This document shows, piece after piece, positions 7,831-15,278 of a DNA stretch of 33,468 bases (the stretch's first letter is position 1; the number at the start of each line of letters is the position of its first letter). This DNA comes from a virus: the IMG/VR virus record IMGVR_UViG_3300045988_175500; one strand, 5' to 3'. The position numbers and the translations under genes are program-made. The notes below the pieces were generated by a model. The model worked only from the letters and a program-made list of their open reading frames with translations. It was not told the DNA's origin and searched no databases.

Positions 7831-7980
7831 AAAAAATCGCAAAATGGAATTATGGGTAAGTTTTTAAAAGTTAAATTTTATTCTAACTATTATAAATATT
7901 AGAAAAAATCAAGATTTAAGCGTACACTAAAAACTTTCCACAATTACCTGTTATGAAAAGTTTTTATTAGGAGGATTTAG

Positions 7981-8232
7981 ATGAATAAAGAAGAGATAGA
8001 AGCAATGAAAGAAGTGCATTATCGTAATATTAAAAGTATGTGTTATAACTATCAAGATCAAGAATTATGTTTTAAACTTACTTTTATAGAAGAAGTAATA
8101 AATAATTTGAAAGATGCATTTAGTCTAACAAATGATAATAGATTAATTGAAATAAATAAATTAATAGATAATCTTATTAAAGAAAGAGATAGGATTGTTG
8201 AAATAGATAAGTTGAGTGCTAGAAATGAATAA
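7981..8232 (+). CDS. Small hypothetical coiled-coil protein (array member)
   Basis: RBS aggaggattt; ends SARNE* overlapping the next ATG. Confidence 0.6.
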   Translation: MNKEEIEAMKEVHYRNIKSMCYNYQDQELCFKLTFIEEVINNLKDAFSLTNDNRLIEINKLIDNLIKERDRIVEIDKLSARNE

Positions 8233-8677
8233 AGAAGATTTATATCCATTAATCGGTAAATATTTAAATGGTTACAAGATAATTAAAATAGAAGAAGATC
8301 CATTTATAAAAGGACAAATTAATTTATGGACTGATGAATGGATAACAGAATATTTTGGAGATAAAAGTTTAGTCAAATTTTTTGTAAGACCAGAAAGCAA
8401 TTCATCAAAGATATACAAAGAACTAATTGATAAAGAAATATACCAACTAAAAGATAATTGGAATAAGTTAAAAGAATATGCTAATAAGATGCACGAATAT
8501 TTTCTATATACAGATGTGAATGAAATTTATAAGCAAAATATGAAAGAAGATAATCAATTTCCCAATTTATTTAATTTATCAGAATTAAATGCAATTGATA
8601 AAGTATTAAATTCAATTTTAAATAAAATGCAAGAACTAGAAAAAGGAAGTGATAGTAATGTCTGGATGGAAAACTAA
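8225..8677 (+). CDS. Hypothetical coiled-coil protein (array member)
   Basis: MNKEDLYPLIGKYLNGYKIIKIEED...QLKDNWNKLKEY...ILNKMQELEKGSDSN; start refined from 8216. Confidence 0.6.
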   Translation: MNKEDLYPLIGKYLNGYKIIKIEEDPFIKGQINLWTDEWITEYFGDKSLVKFFVRPESNSSKIYKELIDKEIYQLKDNWNKLKEYANKMHEYFLYTDVNEIYKQNMKEDNQFPNLFNLSELNAIDKVLNSILNKMQELEKGSDSNVWMEN

Positions 8678-8834
8678 TGATTTAGAACAAATTGAAGTTA
8701 AAATTAAAATACCTAAAAATGCAGTAGCATTTGTAGTAAATACACTATCACAAGAGAAAAACAAGGTAGTAATGAGTAACACTCAATATGATAGTGAAGA
8801 TATTAAAAAAATGAGGTGTGATAGTAATGACTAA
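8658..8834 (+). CDS. Small hypothetical protein (array member)
   Basis: MSGWKTNDLEQIEVKIKIPK...; start refined from 8649 (GTGATAGTAATG). Confidence 0.55.
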   Translation: MSGWKTNDLEQIEVKIKIPKNAVAFVVNTLSQEKNKVVMSNTQYDSEDIKKMRCDSND

Positions 8835-9108
8835 AGAAGAAATTAAAGACTATTTGAAAAGAGTTGATGAGTTAGGGACTAAACTAACAGGAGAAGATAA
8901 AGAAACTTACACTTGGTTAATTTATGGCTGTAATCAATTTCCCAAATTATTAAATGAAACAGAACAGCAATGTAAAAAGCAAAAAGAAGTTATTGATAAA
9001 TTAAGCAAAATAATCTATGAAATAGATGATTTAAGAAAAATAACTGGTGGTTATCCTAGTCATTATTTAGATGAATTATTAGATATATTAAATGAGGTAT
9101 CAGAATGA
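8827..9108 (+). CDS. Small hypothetical coiled-coil protein (array member)
   Basis: MTKEEIKDYLKRVDELG...; start refined from 8818. Confidence 0.55.
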   Translation: MTKEEIKDYLKRVDELGTKLTGEDKETYTWLIYGCNQFPKLLNETEQQCKKQKEVIDKLSKIIYEIDDLRKITGGYPSHYLDELLDILNEVSE

Positions 9109-9524
9109 AACCATTAAATTTAAAAGAAACAGCATTAAAAGAAGAAATGAAAGAAAGATGTCTTGCTAAAGGGCAATATACAGATAAGAATGCTAAGAAA
9201 AAATTTAAAATGTTATGCCATTTAGAAGATTTTGAAATTCAATATTGGGAATTATTAAAAGAAAATAAACATTTAAAAATGATAAATAAAGAATATGAAA
9301 GACTTAATAAAGAAAATTACAGAGGCTTTAAAATAATTAATGTTCAAGAATATGATATATACGAATTGTTAAGTTATAAAAACAATTGGAATGAGTTAAA
9401 AAAATGGGTTAATAAACACTATGATTATTATTTGAACAATGAAGACTATATTGGTGGAAGATTATGTTTTACTGATATTAAAAGTGAAATGCAAAAACTA
9501 GAAAGAAGTGATAGTAATGAATAA
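9105..9524 (+). CDS. Hypothetical coiled-coil protein (array member)
   Basis: LLKENKHLKMINKEYERL...NNWNELKKWVNK...MQKLERSDSNE*; ATGA overlap with upstream gene. Confidence 0.6.
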   Translation: MKPLNLKETALKEEMKERCLAKGQYTDKNAKKKFKMLCHLEDFEIQYWELLKENKHLKMINKEYERLNKENYRGFKIINVQEYDIYELLSYKNNWNELKKWVNKHYDYYLNNEDYIGGRLCFTDIKSEMQKLERSDSNE

Positions 9525-9804
9525 AGAAGAATTATTAAAAGAGATTATGAAACTTCCAAAAATAGAAACAGATAACCCAATAAGTACTATGAATGGTATT
9601 AATGTTGATGAATTAATGAGTGCTATTGATAGATTAAATAAAATTCCTGATTACAATGATTTATTAAAAGAAAATAAACAACTAAAAGATAATTGGAATA
9701 GTCTAAAAAAACAAGAAATAAATCGTTTTAACAACACTCAAGATGTACAATTTTTAGATGTATTACAAGATATGCTAGAAATAGAGAAAGGTGTGAATAA
9801 TTAA
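9517..9804 (+). CDS. Hypothetical coiled-coil protein (array member)
   Basis: MNKEELLKEIMKLPKIE...LLKENKQLKDNWNSLKKQ...DMLEIEKG; start refined from 9508. Confidence 0.6.
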   Translation: MNKEELLKEIMKLPKIETDNPISTMNGINVDELMSAIDRLNKIPDYNDLLKENKQLKDNWNSLKKQEINRFNNTQDVQFLDVLQDMLEIEKGVNN

Positions 9805-9966
9805 ATGAGAAAAAAAGAAATAGATATAATAGATATTAAATATGCTGATAACTTAAAATTTTATGTAGAAAATGACTTTATTTATTGTGAAAATGCATAT
9901 GGTGAAAGAATAATCGTAGGAGATTTATATCAAGACAGATTTGATTATGAAAAAGCAAAACAGTAG
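9805..9966 (+). CDS. Small hypothetical protein (53 aa)
   Basis: Unlisted ORF MRKKEIDIIDIKYADNLKFYVENDFIYCENAYGERIIVGDLYQDRFDYEKAKQ directly abutting the upstream stop. Confidence 0.5.
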   Translation: MRKKEIDIIDIKYADNLKFYVENDFIYCENAYGERIIVGDLYQDRFDYEKAKQ

Positions 9967-10017
9967 ATATGAAACTATTGAAAGCAGTAAATAAATATGT
10001 TGAGGAGTTAAATTGGA

Positions 10018-10395
10018 ATGAATAAAGAAGAATTAATAATAGGTTTTTTTGAAAAAGGTTATTGTTGTGACTTAGATGAAGTTAAAGATACTTGTTTAGG
10101 TTTACTAAAAGAAAATCAAGAATTACAAAAACACCTTGAAGAAAAAACTAAAATAGGAATTGCAGACCATAAATATGCTAGCAAATGTGAAGATAAAGTT
10201 GTGGTTATGGAAGCACAACAACAAAAGTTTACAAAGTATTTAGAAGATGAATTAAAACGAATTAATCCTAACGAGTTAACAGTTCGTGAACTTGTTGATT
10301 CGGAATTAGATAATGTTGAGTTTACTCAATATTTGACTTATAAAGATGTTTTCCAAAAATATAAAGAAATAATGAACCGATCTGAACAGTTCTGA
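10018..10395 (+). CDS. Hypothetical coiled-coil protein (array member)
   Basis: LLKENQELQKHLEEK...QQQKFTKYLEDELKR...YLTYKDVFQKYKEIM. Confidence 0.6.
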   Translation: MNKEELIIGFFEKGYCCDLDEVKDTCLGLLKENQELQKHLEEKTKIGIADHKYASKCEDKVVVMEAQQQKFTKYLEDELKRINPNELTVRELVDSELDNVEFTQYLTYKDVFQKYKEIMNRSEQF

Positions 10396-10414
10396 ACGAA
10401 GGAGGAAAAGAAAA

Positions 10415-10654
10415 ATGAATAAAGATTTATATTATGAATTAAAAAATTTAATGGATAAAAAATTTGCATTAGAATGTTTTTTAAAAAATCTAAAAGCCAA
10501 GCCATATATAAATAGTATAGAGTTATCGAAAGGACAAGTAAAATTATATCTTGAAGATGCTGATATAGAAATGTTAATTCCTTATTATGAAAACAAAATT
10601 AAATCATTAGAAGATAAAATAAATAAATTTTATTTATCTAAAACTATTGATTAG
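10415..10654 (+). CDS. Small hypothetical coiled-coil protein
   Basis: ORF in register with operon, RBS ggaggaa. Confidence 0.55.
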   Translation: MNKDLYYELKNLMDKKFALECFLKNLKAKPYINSIELSKGQVKLYLEDADIEMLIPYYENKIKSLEDKINKFYLSKTID

Positions 10655-10662
10655 GAGGAAAA

Positions 10663-11046
10663 ATGAATAATATTGACAAAGATATAGTAAAACGAAATAT
10701 TATTAGATGTGAAAAAGCATTAAATGAAAATAAAATGAAATACACGTTTGATCTTGATTATAAAAAAATGTGGGAGGATCTTGTTGATAAATCTTTAGAT
10801 TTACAAGAAGAATATCGAGAATTAAAACTGCAAAATTTAGAATTAAGAAATATTTATTTTAATGTAACTCACATAAATAAAATCTATACAAAAGAATTAA
10901 ATAGATATATTGCTAAACAACAAAAATTTATAAATTTTTTAGAAAATATGTTAGATGATGAAAATGATATATTTTCAGTAGTTAGAGTTAAAGATGTTTT
11001 ACAAAAATATAAAGAAATGATTGGAGGAAAAGATGAAAACAAATAA
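10663..11046 (+). CDS. Hypothetical coiled-coil protein, paralogue-like to 10018-10395
   Basis: KQQKFINFLENMLDD...VVRVKDVLQKYKEMIGGK, parallel to QQQKFTKYLEDEL...LTYKDVFQKYKEIM. Confidence 0.6.
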   Translation: MNNIDKDIVKRNIIRCEKALNENKMKYTFDLDYKKMWEDLVDKSLDLQEEYRELKLQNLELRNIYFNVTHINKIYTKELNRYIAKQQKFINFLENMLDDENDIFSVVRVKDVLQKYKEMIGGKDENK

Positions 11047-11212
11047 TTCAAATGATGGAATGGGGTTTGTTGGTTTATTAACAATAGTATTTATAGTATT
11101 AAAATTAACTAAAGTAATTAGTTGGAGTTGGTTATGGGTATTAAGCCCATTATGGATAAGTTTAGTAATAGGACTATTACTTATTATAATTTATTTTATT
11201 ATTGTGAGGTAA
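11033..11212 (+). CDS. Small membrane protein
   Basis: Two hydrophobic helices; start ATG 11033 within the upstream gene end. Confidence 0.55.
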   Translation: MKTNNSNDGMGFVGLLTIVFIVLKLTKVISWSWLWVLSPLWISLVIGLLLIIIYFIIVR

Positions 11213-11214
11213 AA

Positions 11215-11619
11215 ATGAAAAATAAAATAATAGCAGTATTTGTTATAGGATTAATTATATTAACAGCAACGGGATGTACAAGTGCAGAAACTGTATCTTA
11301 TAATATAAGCCGAGAAAGTGACGAATTTAAAGTAAAGAGAAGAATTACATTTGTTAATTTAAGAACTGGAGATTACTTGTTTACTATGACTGGTAAATGT
11401 TCAATTCAAGGTGGCAGTGGAAGTATAAATAGCGAATTAGAAGTAGTTTGTAGAATCGGAGAAGATAAATATCAAAAACATATGTTATATTTAGCTGAAG
11501 AAACAACTTATGTTGTAGAACAATTAGAAGACAGCGATGTATCAAGATATGATTATGAATTTGTATTTAGACCAGAAGCAATTATTCCTATTGAGATTAA
11601 AACACAGGTAGGTAATTAA
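11215..11619 (+). CDS. Phage lipoprotein, resembling beta-sandwich lipoproteins of siphovirus prophages
   Basis: Lipobox LTATGC in MKNKIIAVFVIGLIILTATGCTSAETVSYNISRESDEFKVKRRITFVN; RBS gaggt; start refined from 11122. Confidence 0.75.
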   Translation: MKNKIIAVFVIGLIILTATGCTSAETVSYNISRESDEFKVKRRITFVNLRTGDYLFTMTGKCSIQGGSGSINSELEVVCRIGEDKYQKHMLYLAEETTYVVEQLEDSDVSRYDYEFVFRPEAIIPIEIKTQVGN

Positions 11620-11622
11620 AAA

Positions 11623-11721
11623 ATGGGTAATTTTATATTAGGCTTATTAGCAGGAATTTTTATAGGAACACTTATGTTAATGTTTTTACTCATTATTTTA
11701 AATGTAGCTAAAGATGATTAA
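11623..11721 (+). CDS. Very small membrane protein (32 aa), possibly DUF3789-like
   Basis: Unlisted ORF MGNFILGLLAGIFIGTLMLMFLLIILNVAKDD, overlapping the next start. Confidence 0.5.
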   Translation: MGNFILGLLAGIFIGTLMLMFLLIILNVAKDD

Positions 11722-12232
11722 TTTTAAAGATCAATGTGATGTTTGTAAGAATTTTGAAATACTTATAGGATATAAAAATGAATGCCTTTGTATTAATTGT
11801 TTATTAAAAATATTAAAAGAAAGGAATGTGATTGATATGAATGGAATAGAAAGAATTAAAATATTATCTGCTGAAATAACGGATAAACCTTTACTAAAAA
11901 TAGTAGAATATTTATTATCAAGAGAAGATATGAACGATAAATATTTAAATGAAGAAAAAAGTTTATCTCAAATGATATCATATATTAGATCAGAAGCAAA
12001 AAAACAAGCAAAAAATGGAGTAGCTATGATTGAAGACGATGTTGTCTATGGATGGGCTATACATTATTTTGACGAAACAAATATAGATTTAGGATTAGAT
12101 AAAAAAGTCGATAAAATAGAATTAGAAGATGATGATTCTAAAACAATTGAAAATAAGCCAAAAAAGATAATTTCTAAAAAGCCAAAACAAGACGTGATAC
12201 CTGAGGGACAATTACAATTAGAATTATTTTAA
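11714..12232 (+). CDS. PcfK-like protein with N-terminal zinc-ribbon-like segment
   Basis: CDVCKNF...CLCINC followed by ILSAEITDKPLLKIVEYLLSREDMNDKYLNEEKSLSQMISYIRSEAKKQAKNGVAMIEDDVVYGWAIHYFDE. Confidence 0.75.
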   Translation: MINFKDQCDVCKNFEILIGYKNECLCINCLLKILKERNVIDMNGIERIKILSAEITDKPLLKIVEYLLSREDMNDKYLNEEKSLSQMISYIRSEAKKQAKNGVAMIEDDVVYGWAIHYFDETNIDLGLDKKVDKIELEDDDSKTIENKPKKIISKKPKQDVIPEGQLQLELF

Positions 12233-12233
12233 A

Positions 12234-13673
12234 ATGTATTTAACTAAAAAAATAAAAATATTAATGGATGAATTTGATAATAATGTTAATTTGCCTAAAA
12301 ACTTTGATTTATATGTGGAAAAAATCAAAGTTTCCCACAAATTAATAATCAAAAGTAAAAATGGCTATCATTGTGATTATTGTAATTCAGATTTTAAAAA
12401 GAAAAGAATAACAAAAAAATTATACGGCGAAAAATTGATAAAATGTCCTATTTGTAAGCAAATATTAATTGTTAAATCAAATAGAATTAAAAATTATATT
12501 CAAAAAGATAATTTTTGTATCATAGAACGTTTTAAAGGATATTATATTTTTAGACTATTTCAAGTTGAAACAACATATCGAAACGGAAATTATAGTAGCC
12601 ATATTTGTGAATTTGGAAGAAAATTGTTTGATGATAATTTTGGCTACATTTATGAAATTTATAATGATAATATAAGTGCTACAATATCAGGTAAATATGT
12701 TAATCATAAAGAATTTTTGAATTTTAATTGGAAACGAAATGGAAGTTATTATCATACACTAGGAGATGTTTATAAATTATATCCATATAATTTAAAGAAA
12801 CTTTTTAAAGGTACTAAATGGCAATATTCACAAATATGGGATTTTGCAAAACATATTACTTATTTTGATATATCAAATTTTATGTGTTCATACTCAAACT
12901 CAATTGAATATTTAATCAAAAATAGACTATATATTTTAACTAATAATTTACTTGAAAATACATCACGTGGTTATATTCTAAAACTGGATTATAAATATAT
13001 AAAACAAAATTTAAAATTTATTAGAAAATATAATTTAAAAATAGATGAAATAACTATTATGCAATATTTTAATATTTTTGATATTAAGTTAATTCGAAAG
13101 TATAGTGAATATGCAGATAATTTAATTGATATTTTACATGAATTAAATATAAAGCTTGAATTAGTAGATAAATATGTTAAGGATGCACAAGATGGATTTT
13201 GTGAATACATTGATTATCTTCAAATATGTAAATTACTTGAATATAATATGAAAGATAAAAAAATATTATATCCAAGTAATGCAGTTGATTCACATGACAA
13301 AGTTCTAAAGATTTACGATAATATAAAAGATAAGACATACCAAAAAGCGATAAGAAAACGCTATGAAATAATAAAAAAATATACTTATAGAGATAAAAAA
13401 TATATAGTTTATCCAGTGAAATCACAAAAAGAACTTACAAATGAAAGTAAACAACAAAATAATTGTGTTAAAACATATGCAGAAAGAATCTCTAAAGGTA
13501 AATGTGATATATATTTTATGAGATTAATATCTAATGTAAACAAATCACTGGTTACTATTGAGGTTAAAAATAATAAAGTCGTTCAAAAAAGAACAAAAAA
13601 TAATTGTGATACAACATTAGAACAAAATAAATTTATAGAAAAATGGGAAAGGAAAATATTAAATAATGGATGA
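12234..13673 (+). CDS. PcfJ-like protein
   Basis: C-terminal NNCVKTYAERISKGKCDIYFMRLISNVNKSLVTIEVKNNKVVQKRTKNNCDTTLEQNKFIEKWERKI; follows the PcfK-like gene. Confidence 0.8.
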   Translation: MYLTKKIKILMDEFDNNVNLPKNFDLYVEKIKVSHKLIIKSKNGYHCDYCNSDFKKKRITKKLYGEKLIKCPICKQILIVKSNRIKNYIQKDNFCIIERFKGYYIFRLFQVETTYRNGNYSSHICEFGRKLFDDNFGYIYEIYNDNISATISGKYVNHKEFLNFNWKRNGSYYHTLGDVYKLYPYNLKKLFKGTKWQYSQIWDFAKHITYFDISNFMCSYSNSIEYLIKNRLYILTNNLLENTSRGYILKLDYKYIKQNLKFIRKYNLKIDEITIMQYFNIFDIKLIRKYSEYADNLIDILHELNIKLELVDKYVKDAQDGFCEYIDYLQICKLLEYNMKDKKILYPSNAVDSHDKVLKIYDNIKDKTYQKAIRKRYEIIKKYTYRDKKYIVYPVKSQKELTNESKQQNNCVKTYAERISKGKCDIYFMRLISNVNKSLVTIEVKNNKVVQKRTKNNCDTTLEQNKFIEKWERKILNNG

Positions 13674-14178
13674 AAAGGAATTAACAAGAGTTGTATTAAA
13701 AGAATTAGAAGCAATGGGAATGCTTAAACGAAAGAATGATGTATTTAAAAATACTGAATCTGTATTATACAATTATAATACGATTAAAGAGACAATTTCT
13801 CAGAGAAGAGATCAGATAAATAACTTAAAAAAATATGGTTTACCAAAGAAATCAAAATCAATAACTTCTGTGTCACAAAACACTATTGTTATTGAAGAAA
13901 ATGATTTATTAGACTTAACTATTAAAAACATTGAAAAATCTATTATTAAAACAAAGGTAATATTAAACTATATAGATAATATATTAAGTAAATTTAAATC
14001 AGATCCTTATTATGAAATCTTAAGACTTAAATACTTTGATAAAAAAACACATGAAGAAATAGCAGAATATTACAAAAAAGATGTTGCAACAGTTAGTAGA
14101 AATAAAAATAGATTAATTAATGAAATAAAAGTCTATTTAATGCCAAATGATATTATCACTGATTTACTTGGATATTAA
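13666..14178 (+). CDS. Phage late transcriptional regulator (ArpU/RinA-type, sigma-like HTH)
   Basis: C-terminal YYEILRLKYFDKKTHEEIAEYYKKDVATVSRNKNRLINEI; located just before the packaging module. Confidence 0.7.
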   Translation: MDEKELTRVVLKELEAMGMLKRKNDVFKNTESVLYNYNTIKETISQRRDQINNLKKYGLPKKSKSITSVSQNTIVIEENDLLDLTIKNIEKSIIKTKVILNYIDNILSKFKSDPYYEILRLKYFDKKTHEEIAEYYKKDVATVSRNKNRLINEIKVYLMPNDIITDLLGY

Positions 14179-14214
14179 ATGCATCAATGCAAAAATCGTG
14201 CAAAAAGTGTGCTA

Positions 14215-14243
14215 TTTACATATCAGTTTTTAACTAATATAAT
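14215..14243 (+). promoter_or_regulatory. Candidate late promoter
   Basis: TTTACA - 17 bp - TATAAT, upstream TGCA-containing direct repeats. Confidence 0.55.
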
Positions 14244-14263
14244 GAGTATAATGAAATATTTGT

Positions 14264-14294
14264 AAAGTGGTATTCGAGCAATACTGCTTTTTTT
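14264..14294 (+). terminator. Terminator-like hairpin in the late leader
   Basis: aaagtggtatt-cgagc-aatactgcttt (11-bp stem with two G-U pairs) ending in a 7-T run. Confidence 0.55.
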
Positions 14295-14300
14295 AGTGAG

Positions 14301-14690
14301 GTGAAATATTTGTGTAAAGATTGGGTAACTTGTTCAAGGTGTGGCAAGATAGTTGAAAGAGGACATAATTGTCCATACAAAAATAAGATGTATCAAAAGA
14401 AGGATACTAATGCTAATAAATTTAGAAATACTAAAGCATGGTTAAAGAAGAGTATAGAGATAAGGCAAAGAGATAAATATCTTTGCCAAGTATGCATTAA
14501 TAATCTCTATAATACAATCAATTGCTTTAATACTGAAAAGTTAGAAGTACATCATATAACTCCAATTGAAGAAGATTATAATAGAAGATTAGACAATGAT
14601 AATCTTATCACATTATGTAATACGCATCATAGAATGGCTGAGTTAGGTAAGATTCCAAGAAATGTATTATATAATTTGATAAATAAGTAA
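14301..14690 (+). CDS. HNH endonuclease (packaging-associated)
   Basis: CxxC pairs and LEVHHITPIEEDYNRRLDNDNLITLCNTHH; directly upstream of the terminase genes; GTG start. Confidence 0.9.
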   Translation: MKYLCKDWVTCSRCGKIVERGHNCPYKNKMYQKKDTNANKFRNTKAWLKKSIEIRQRDKYLCQVCINNLYNTINCFNTEKLEVHHITPIEEDYNRRLDNDNLITLCNTHHRMAELGKIPRNVLYNLINK

Positions 14691-14777
14691 TCTATTAAAT
14701 ATATCTTATTTATGATCTTTTATTTAATTAATTTTATTTAAAATATAGCTATATATCTTTAATAAAATTGAGTACCC

Positions 14778-14860
14778 CCCTACAAAAAAGTTGATTTTTA
14801 AATCTTCGCGAGAATACCCACACTAGCCCCACATTCACACAAACAAAAAATTTACATAGT
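14778..14860 (+). other. Candidate cos region
   Basis: Pyrimidine/C-rich taccccccta and TCGCGA palindrome agaatacccacactagccccac in non-coding DNA between HNH and terS. Confidence 0.4.
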
Positions 14861-14924
14861 TTTTTTGGAAAATTCATTCGGCCACAACAAATATTCATAT
14901 AAAATGCAAGGAGTGATTTTATGT

Positions 14925-15278
14925 ATGGGAAAAAAGCAAAATTTTAATCAGCAAGCAAAAGAAATATTAAGAATTGCTGAAAAATACGGAGTTGAACAAA
15001 ACTTCTTTTTTATTACAACTTTTAATAGATATTTAATTCAAATAAATATATTAGATCAATTAGAAAAGAAGATAAAAGAAGAAGGTACGTTAGTCACGAA
15101 GGAATATGTCAAAGGTAGAGGAAATTTATATACTAATCCTGCAATTACTGAATACAATAAAACTTCTACATCTGCAAATCAAACTGTTGCAACATTAATT
15201 AAAATAATTAAATCAAAAAGTGATGGTGAAGAAGATGAAGGCGAAGATGAACTTTTACAAGCATTAGGAATTAAGTAA
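14925..15278 (+). CDS. terS: Terminase small subunit (P27-like)
   Basis: Position before TerL, NPAITEYNKTSTSANQTVATLIKII; SD aaggagtgat; start refined from 14865. Confidence 0.8.
   Translation: MGKKQNFNQQAKEILRIAEKYGVEQNFFFITTFNRYLIQINILDQLEKKIKEEGTLVTKEYVKGRGNLYTNPAITEYNKTSTSANQTVATLIKIIKSKSDGEEDEGEDELLQALGIK

Noticed and set aside
8058-8249. Minus-strand ORF antisense to array genes
   Set aside because: Lies opposite well-supported genes with RBS and coupled starts; no minus-strand RBS or family signature
8649-9524. Upstream GTG starts giving MIVM... N-termini
   Set aside because: They are the recurrent junction GTGATAGTAATG; the following ATG is better placed and the upstream triplets overlap the SD
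10884-13425. Minus-strand ORFs at 10884-11084, 12989-13210 and 13177-13425
   Set aside because: Antisense to coiled-coil or PcfJ-like coding sequence; low-complexity translations typical of AT-rich antisense frames
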